From the NCBI GenBank assembly GCA_043813075.1, contig JBDRLL010000010.1:96001-160000 (forward strand): a DNA stretch of 64,000 nucleotides. The letters run 5' to 3'. Below the pieces are notes generated by a model that was not told the origin of the DNA, ran no database searches, and worked only from the letters and a program-made list of their open reading frames with translations. Made by a program: the position numbers and the translations under genes. Below are positions 58,261-64,000 of this stretch, piece after piece. The first letter of the stretch is position 1. Each line of letters opens with the position of its first letter. The DNA comes from Candidatus Altiarchaeota archaeon (GTDB lineage: Archaea; Altiarchaeota; Altiarchaeia; IMC4; SCGC-AAA252-I15).

Positions 58261-59547
58261 CTAATAACCCTTCTTCTTGTTTTTCGACTGCTTGTTGGGC
58301 GAGTGTGTTGGCGGATGCCTCTCTAGGGCAGCAGGTCCCGCACCTTCCCTAAGCGACTTCCCCTCTATCTCAGGCTTGATCTTCCCAGGGTCTATGCCGT
58401 AAGTCTCCAGCATGGTGGGTGCTATGTCCTTCCTATCGCCGTTCCTCACTATTGTGGGGTCGTTGGCTGCCATAAAAGTGTATGCCGCGAACGCGTGTCC
58501 TGTCTGGCCTTCACTGAACCCGTGGTCTGAGGCGACTATTATCATGGTATCATCCATCCCCTTGTCATCCAGTTTTTCCATGATCTTCCCCAGCCATCCA
58601 TCCAACAGGATGAGGTCTCTAGTGTATTCCTCCGAATTCTCACCGTAACGGTGTCCAGTGTAGTCTGGCTCCATGAAGTGGAAGAAGAAGAAGAATCTAC
58701 CCCCGTCGTATCCTTCAATAGTATTCAGCGACAGTTCCCCGATTTCAGTCATGTTCCTGTATTCATCCCCCACCCACCTGTCTATGTTCCTACTAGTATG
58801 GTAATATGGCTGCCCTCCCCTATCCTCGAAAGCCATCCTTATCCTCCTGAGTCTCGCGGTCACAGCCCGCCTCTTGTATATGTTGCTTGTCTTCTCCAGG
58901 ATGGCATCCATTATCTTGTTTATGACGCCTATCCTATCCTTCTTCCCTTTACCCAGTCTCTCCACTTCCTCCAGGAACTTCCTGTTGGTTATCCCATTCA
59001 CCCTGGCCATATCCAACAGCATCTGCCTTCCATCCTCCAGTTCTCTGGCAGGCGTTGGGGGGGTGCTCCTCATGTTGTTCTTCTTTCCCGCTATCATGAC
59101 CGTCTCTATGTTCTTGTCGCCAAAGCGTTTCTCAAGGCGTTCCAGTATGGTGTATCCCTCCGGTATGGCCTGGAATCTCTTGTTGCTGTATACTCCCGTC
59201 TTCCTGTAGCTGTATCCTGTGAGTATCTCCGCCCACCCTGGTTTGGTGGAGTTCCCCCCGGTAGTGACGTTTATCGAGATTATCGCGCCTTTTTCGCTAA
59301 GCTTCTTAAGGTTGGGCATCTTACCCCCAGCATACAGTTCCATCAGATGGTTCCTCTGCACGCCATCCCAGCCGATCAGGATGACGTTCCTAAACTCATT
59401 CTTCGGCTTACTGACGCCTTCATCCTCGCTTAATTCGTTGACGCATCCGAGGACGAGTGCAGCCAATAATAACGCAAAAAAACATTTTTTTCTGCTAGAA
59501 CTAGCGGCAGTAACACTTTTTTCCACGATATTCAACCCGTTAATCAC
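58261..59547 (-). CDS. Alkaline phosphatase/NPP family lipoprotein
   Basis: VLGC lipobox; IGWDG; STKPGWAEILTG; EPDYTGH; ASDHG; DIAPT. Confidence 0.85.
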   Translation of the reverse strand: MINGLNIVEKSVTAASSSRKKCFFALLLAALVLGCVNELSEDEGVSKPKNEFRNVILIGWDGVQRNHLMELYAGGKMPNLKKLSEKGAIISINVTTGGNSTKPGWAEILTGYSYRKTGVYSNKRFQAIPEGYTILERLEKRFGDKNIETVMIAGKKNNMRSTPPTPARELEDGRQMLLDMARVNGITNRKFLEEVERLGKGKKDRIGVINKIMDAILEKTSNIYKRRAVTARLRRIRMAFEDRGGQPYYHTSRNIDRWVGDEYRNMTEIGELSLNTIEGYDGGRFFFFFHFMEPDYTGHRYGENSEEYTRDLILLDGWLGKIMEKLDDKGMDDTMIIVASDHGFSEGQTGHAFAAYTFMAANDPTIVRNGDRKDIAPTMLETYGIDPGKIKPEIEGKSLREGAGPAALERHPPTHSPNKQSKNKKKGY

Positions 59548-60461
59548 ATTGCCTTCAGGGCTTTTATCCTGTTCTCTATCGGAGGGTGGGTGTTAAACAA
59601 GTCTGTTAATCGCATGCGCGTGGGGTCTGAGAGGAACATGGGGGCCACAGCCTTGTTCACCTCGGTCTTCAAACCCTTCTTTGCTTCAGTCCCTATCTTC
59701 TCCAGCGCGCCTATAAGCCCCTGCGGGTATCTAGTCAACTCTACCGCACCGGCATCCGCCATGTACTCCCTCCTCCTGGAGATGGCCATCTGGACGAGCA
59801 TAACTATTATGGGCGCTATTATCGATAGCGCAATCCCGATAACGAGCAATAATGTGTTTCCTCCGCCACGGTTCCTGCCTCCGCCCCCCATGCTGGAGTA
59901 CCACATGCTCCTCAGGAACATCTGGGATATTATCGACACGAGCCCCACCATCACCGCCACCAGCGTCACGAACCGTATGTCATAGTTCCTTATGTGGGTG
60001 AGCTCGTGGGCTATCACCCCCTGCAGTTCCTCCCTAGACAGCTTCTGCACGGCCCCGTCGGTCACGCAAACGACACTGTGCTCAGGGTCCCTGCCTGTCG
60101 CGAAGGCGTTTATGTCCGGCGAAGGCATGACATACACTTCTGGCCGTGGCATGCCTCCCGCAATCGTCATCTCGTCGACTATGTTCCTCAGCTGCTGGTA
60201 CTGGGGTCCATCCGCCTTTCGCGCTTTGACCGAGGATAACGCGATTTTCGCGGAATTATAGTACGTGTACACTATGTATCCTATGTTGAATACTGTCGCG
60301 AACATGAGGAAGACGAACATGAATCCCGGACCGTATACGCGCGAGAATATCACTGACATTACGAGGGACAGGGCTGCGACAGAAGCAAAAACCACTATCA
60401 TGAGCAGCCACGAGTTCCTCTTGTTCCTGGATATCTGGTCGTAGAAGCTGACTTTCTCCAT
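59544..60461 (-). CDS. htpX: Zinc metalloprotease HtpX (M48)
   Basis: NAFATG, AHELTH, SRRREYMAD, THPPIENRI; start at MEKVS (60461). Confidence 0.93.
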   Translation of the reverse strand: MEKVSFYDQISRNKRNSWLLMIVVFASVAALSLVMSVIFSRVYGPGFMFVFLMFATVFNIGYIVYTYYNSAKIALSSVKARKADGPQYQQLRNIVDEMTIAGGMPRPEVYVMPSPDINAFATGRDPEHSVVCVTDGAVQKLSREELQGVIAHELTHIRNYDIRFVTLVAVMVGLVSIISQMFLRSMWYSSMGGGGRNRGGGNTLLLVIGIALSIIAPIIVMLVQMAISRRREYMADAGAVELTRYPQGLIGALEKIGTEAKKGLKTEVNKAVAPMFLSDPTRMRLTDLFNTHPPIENRIKALKAM

Positions 60462-60468
60462 CCTACAG

Positions 60469-61053
60469 TCATCCCTTCCTGCTGAAGTCCACCTTCGGAA
60501 CTCCCTTCGCGGCCTCCTCAACCTCAAAGTAGTCCCTGTCCACGAATCTGAACACCCCAGCTATGATGTTGTTGGGGAAGCTCTGCCTCTTGGTGTCGTA
60601 GTTCAGCACCGAGTCGTTGTAGAACTGCCTCGCGTACGCGATCTTGTTTTCCGTTGTAGTGAGCTCCTCCTGCATCTTCATGAAGTTCTGGTTGGCCTGC
60701 AGTTGCGGGTAATTCTCAGCCACAGCGAACAGGCTCTTCAAGGCTCCCGTAAGCAGGTTGTCTGCCGTCGCCTTGTCCTTCACGCTCTTGGCGTTAGCCA
60801 TCGCGGCTCTCGCCGCAGTGACGTTCTCGAACGTCTCCTTCTCATGGGCTGCGTATCCCTTCACCGTCTCGATGAGGTTGGGTATCAAGTCGTTCCTCCT
60901 CCTCAGTTGGACGTCTATCTGGCTCCACGCGTTCTCGCACCTGTTCCTCGACTGGACGAGGCCGTTGTACACCAGTATGAGTGCGAGCACCATCATCCCG
61001 CAGAATCCGATTATAACCAATAATAATAGTCCTATTATTCCTATGCCTATCAT
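60469..61053 (-). CDS. lemA: LemA family protein
   Basis: [39 protein letters not shown]. Confidence 0.95.
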   Translation of the reverse strand: MIGIGIIGLLLLVIIGFCGMMVLALILVYNGLVQSRNRCENAWSQIDVQLRRRNDLIPNLIETVKGYAAHEKETFENVTAARAAMANAKSVKDKATADNLLTGALKSLFAVAENYPQLQANQNFMKMQEELTTTENKIAYARQFYNDSVLNYDTKRQSFPNNIIAGVFRFVDRDYFEVEEAAKGVPKVDFSRKG

Positions 61054-61095
61054 ATTACCACCTCCACAGATTATTACAAAAGGTTGTTATTAAAT

Positions 61096-63066
61096 CTATC
61101 CTGCCCCGCCTCCGCCGCCTCCGCCGCCTCCGCCTCCGCCTCCGCCGAAGCCGCCTCCGCCGGACGTGCTTGTGGCTGTGGCGAATGCGCTCGAGAAGCC
61201 GCCTACCGCGGAGCCGAAGGAGGATGCGCTGAAGCCCCTCCCGTATATCATGTTGGACTGGAATTCCTTGCCATAGTCCTTAAAGACTTCATCCATTACT
61301 TTCTGAACTATGTCCGCTACCCCCAGGGGTATCGAGTAGACGAGATACTTCTCCCATAATAATGTTGCGTCCGGCGGTATCTGCCTGAGGTTGCTGAAGT
61401 CTTCCATGAACTTCTTCAACCTCACCCACTTCTCATAGTGGAGCGCCCCCTTCTCCGTCCTGTTTGGGAGGGCGTTGGGGAACACTATCGCGAGCGCGAA
61501 TGCTTCCGCAAGGACAAGCACGAATGGAACCCATGAAAAGACGGCCGACAGGGCCATCACGATAATGGTCGCAATACCGAAGGGTTTGTAGCCGTTCTCT
61601 CTCGAGAAGAACCCCCTCTCCACCGCATCCTTTGACACCAAATCCTTCCAGTTGTTGAACCATTCCCGCGTCTGGTGCGGTCTTGACCTCAGGTAGTATT
61701 TAAGCTCCGTTAGTGTGACGATGTCTGGCGTGTTGTCCCTCACCCTCCTCTTGAATAGTCCCTCGAACCCGAAGTTCGCAGCCTTCCTGATTATCCTGAG
61801 CAAAAGCAGCTCGCTCTTAGGCAGGTTAGACCCGTCCTCACTTAGCAACCTTATCTCATAGTCTTCGCCGCCGAACAATCCCAGCGTCTTTTCCGTAGTA
61901 ATCCTACTAATCCTAATGCTGCCTCTCAAGCACAAGTCCAAGAGTTCCGCGCCCATCATGCTCTGCCTCGGCTCCCTGCAGGTCTGGTGCATTAACGCAT
62001 CGACTATCGCGGGACTGTAGTCGTAGGGCACCTCACGCTCGTATATCGACTGGACCCCCACTTCAGGTTCTCTCCCGTAGATGTGCCATATTCCCGCGAA
62101 GGTTCCAGCCTCAAAAACCATGAATGCCACGGCATATGTTATGTCGTCCGTGTTTATGCCGCTGACGTTGTTCACTAGCCCCACAATAACAAGCGAGACC
62201 AGTAATATCACCCCGAGTATAATCAGCTTACTCCAGACTGCTGTCATCCTATTCCCCCAGGAAGGGTTCACTAATCTCAATATCGTAAGGACAATGCCTC
62301 CGAAGAATCCTATCCCCCATACCAGCAGGAATGATGGCAGGAAAATCCAGTTCATGAGCCAGTCGGTTTCAATGGGTGGCCTGTAGTCCTCCTCATCCCT
62401 TATTATCCCCTCTAGTCCCGGCCCGTTCCTGTTGATGGCGTTCGTCGGGTTATCGAGCGCGTATCTCGGGAATACGGTCCGCACTTCTACCCAGCTTTTA
62501 GCCGGTATGTTGAACGTCTGGTAGATGACTTTCTGGTTGTCCACCATCATAATCCTCCCCTTCAGTTCAGGATGGCCCCACGTGTAGACTTCTTTCGAGT
62601 CCCCGACCTTCTCAGGAAGCATGACGTACCCTTCAAGGTCTTTTAAGGACTTGTCCCAGCCAGGCCCCCACATCTTCCAGTTGAGGTCGCACACGTCAGA
62701 ATAGCATTCTATAGCATTCGTGAGCCTGTACTTGATGGTGAACGTCTTAACCTGGCTGCTCGCACTGTAGTACCATCTGACCCTCTCGTATCCGCTGGCA
62801 GCGCTCAGCTCGTGCCTCAGCGGAGTGACACCATCGTAAACCTCTATGCCGCTAACACGCCAGACTCCCCTGTTGATGTCCCTGTACGCGTACGTGAAGG
62901 AGCCGCTGAACCTGAACGTGATGTTCTCCTCAACGTCTATGCTGCCGTCAGGGTTGACGTTCATTGCTATTAACGCCTTGTCCAAGTAATAGTCTTTCGC
63001 TGAGACTGGAAACGCTAGGAATAGGATAACGCCCACGACAGCCAGTGTAAGCGCTATTCTTTTCAT
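61096..63066 (-). CDS. DUF2207 membrane protein
   Basis: VNPDGSIDVEE, LNW, WEKYLVY..LGV, C-terminal Gly-rich tail. Confidence 0.88.
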   Translation of the reverse strand: MKRIALTLAVVGVILFLAFPVSAKDYYLDKALIAMNVNPDGSIDVEENITFRFSGSFTYAYRDINRGVWRVSGIEVYDGVTPLRHELSAASGYERVRWYYSASSQVKTFTIKYRLTNAIECYSDVCDLNWKMWGPGWDKSLKDLEGYVMLPEKVGDSKEVYTWGHPELKGRIMMVDNQKVIYQTFNIPAKSWVEVRTVFPRYALDNPTNAINRNGPGLEGIIRDEEDYRPPIETDWLMNWIFLPSFLLVWGIGFFGGIVLTILRLVNPSWGNRMTAVWSKLIILGVILLVSLVIVGLVNNVSGINTDDITYAVAFMVFEAGTFAGIWHIYGREPEVGVQSIYEREVPYDYSPAIVDALMHQTCREPRQSMMGAELLDLCLRGSIRISRITTEKTLGLFGGEDYEIRLLSEDGSNLPKSELLLLRIIRKAANFGFEGLFKRRVRDNTPDIVTLTELKYYLRSRPHQTREWFNNWKDLVSKDAVERGFFSRENGYKPFGIATIIVMALSAVFSWVPFVLVLAEAFALAIVFPNALPNRTEKGALHYEKWVRLKKFMEDFSNLRQIPPDATLLWEKYLVYSIPLGVADIVQKVMDEVFKDYGKEFQSNMIYGRGFSASSFGSAVGGFSSAFATATSTSGGGGFGGGGGGGGGGGGGGAG

Positions 63067-63068
63067 GC

Positions 63069-63680
63069 TCACTTCATGTTCTCGTACTTGACTACCTCAC
63101 CTGTCTCAGCGTCCAGCTTAGTCTGGGCTGCCTCCTCTTCCTCCTCTGTCTCAGCCTCCCTCACAGCCTCCTCTGACTGGGCTTTTATGTCAGCCCTGAC
63201 CAGTTCCTTGGAGTCGTTTATCCTAAAATACTTGTTGAACTTCGCGGTCGTCGTAAGTATCTTCGTGTGGCCTTCAGGCCTTCTCTCTATGAACTCCAGC
63301 TCCTCAAGCCGCTTCAAGTACACGTAAACCCTGTTGCCCCGTATCTTCACCACGTGCGACTGTTTGAGGGGCTGCTCGTAGGCTATCAACGCGAGGGTCT
63401 TCAGCATTGCCTTCGGCATGTCTGTCTCAGGTATCAGGTGAGTGACCTGGTCTTCCACGTCAGGCTTTATCCTCATGGCATAACTCTTCCCGGCCTTGAA
63501 TACCTCTATCCCCCCGTCTCTCCTGGAGTATTCCCTAACAAGCTCGTCGGCAATCTCTCTGACAGCATTGACTTCAAGACCTCCGCATAATTCAGCGAGT
63601 TTTTCAGCGCTAAGGTTCTTCCCTGACACGAATAATGCAGCCTCTATGAGTGCTTTCTCTGAAGCGGACATACTCATCAA
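63069..63680 (-). CDS. scpB: Segregation/condensation protein B
   Basis: IEAALF, LKTLALIAYEQP, IRG, TT.KF..YF. Confidence 0.93.
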   Translation of the reverse strand: MMSMSASEKALIEAALFVSGKNLSAEKLAELCGGLEVNAVREIADELVREYSRRDGGIEVFKAGKSYAMRIKPDVEDQVTHLIPETDMPKAMLKTLALIAYEQPLKQSHVVKIRGNRVYVYLKRLEELEFIERRPEGHTKILTTTAKFNKYFRINDSKELVRADIKAQSEEAVREAETEEEEEAAQTKLDAETGEVVKYENMK

Positions 63681-63703
63681 AAATATGAATCAAGGGTAAT
63701 AAA

Positions 63704-64000
63704 TTACTCGACCCTGACTGCCGTCCCATAGGCAAGTATCTCGGCAGCGCCCTGCGTCACCTGGCTGGTCGTGAACCTCACGTTCACTACCGCGTTGGCC
63801 CCCAGCTTCTCAGCCTCATCTACCATGCGTTTCGTGGCCTCGTCCCTTGATTCGGTTATCATCTCCGTGTACTCCTTCAGTTCCCCCCCAAAAAGGTTCC
63901 TTATTCCCGCGATTATGTCCTTCCCGAACCATTTGGCCCTTATGGTGTTCCCCCTTACCAGTCCCAGGCATTCGACAATCTTTTTACCGTGTATCTGCTC
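63704..64000 (-). CDS. YbjQ/UPF0145 family protein (5' end off the window)
   Basis: Manual translation: ...GKKIVECLGLVRGNTIRAKWFGKDIIAGIRNLFGGELKEYTEM...LGANAVVNVRF...EILAYGTAVRVE-stop. Confidence 0.9.
   Translation of the reverse strand, partial: EQIHGKKIVECLGLVRGNTIRAKWFGKDIIAGIRNLFGGELKEYTEMITESRDEATKRMVDEAEKLGANAVVNVRFTTSQVTQGAAEILAYGTAVRVE

Noticed and set aside
61100-61163. (CCG/CCT)n low-complexity repeat
   Set aside because: It encodes the normal poly-Gly tail of DUF2207 proteins.
59544-63066. DUF2207-lemA-htpX cluster as a novel system
   Set aside because: This is a widespread, already recognised gene neighbourhood.
48918-63680. scpA and scpB separated, with no smc, as a Wadjet/Mks-type defence system
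   Set aside because: Both look like ordinary archaeal ScpA/ScpB, which are often unlinked, and no JetC/JetD-like genes are present.

Overview
Gene-dense archaeal chromosomal segment. Archaeal markers are RNase P Pop5, split GMP synthase B, Lhr with its metallophosphoesterase, tRNAs without encoded CCA, and TATA-type promoters. The Thr-rich/Cys-rich surface proteins plus bacterial-type carbon enzymes suggest a DPANN-related lineage such as Ca. Altiarchaeota (inference only). Contents: (i) tRNA-Ile(GAU) and tRNA-Val(UAC), each flanked by duplicated tRNA fragments that abut small hairpins; (ii) five exported alkaline-phosphatase/sulfatase-superfamily genes with Thr at the nucleophile position, plus a sixth at 58 kb; (iii) bacterial-type Fba II, FBPase I, PfkA and GAPDH, plus an intact ORF that looks like a catalytically stripped archaeal FBP aldolase/phosphatase; (iv) a ~21 kb region (17.6-38.3 kb) with three divergent tetraether-synthase (Tes/MJ0619)-like radical SAM genes, two B12-binding radical SAM genes, five ArnT/PMT-like membrane glycosyltransferases, a UbiA prenyltransferase and a frameshifted GT, which is the best candidate for an undescribed membrane-lipid/glycolipid pathway; (v) housekeeping genes (grpE-dnaK-dnaJ, scpA, scpB, lemA-htpX, Re-citrate-synthase-like, lhr); (vi) two candidate structured ncRNAs (27.9 kb and 55.4 kb). 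No CRISPR array, rRNA, transposase or integrase was seen. All calls come from reading motifs by eye; no database search was run.
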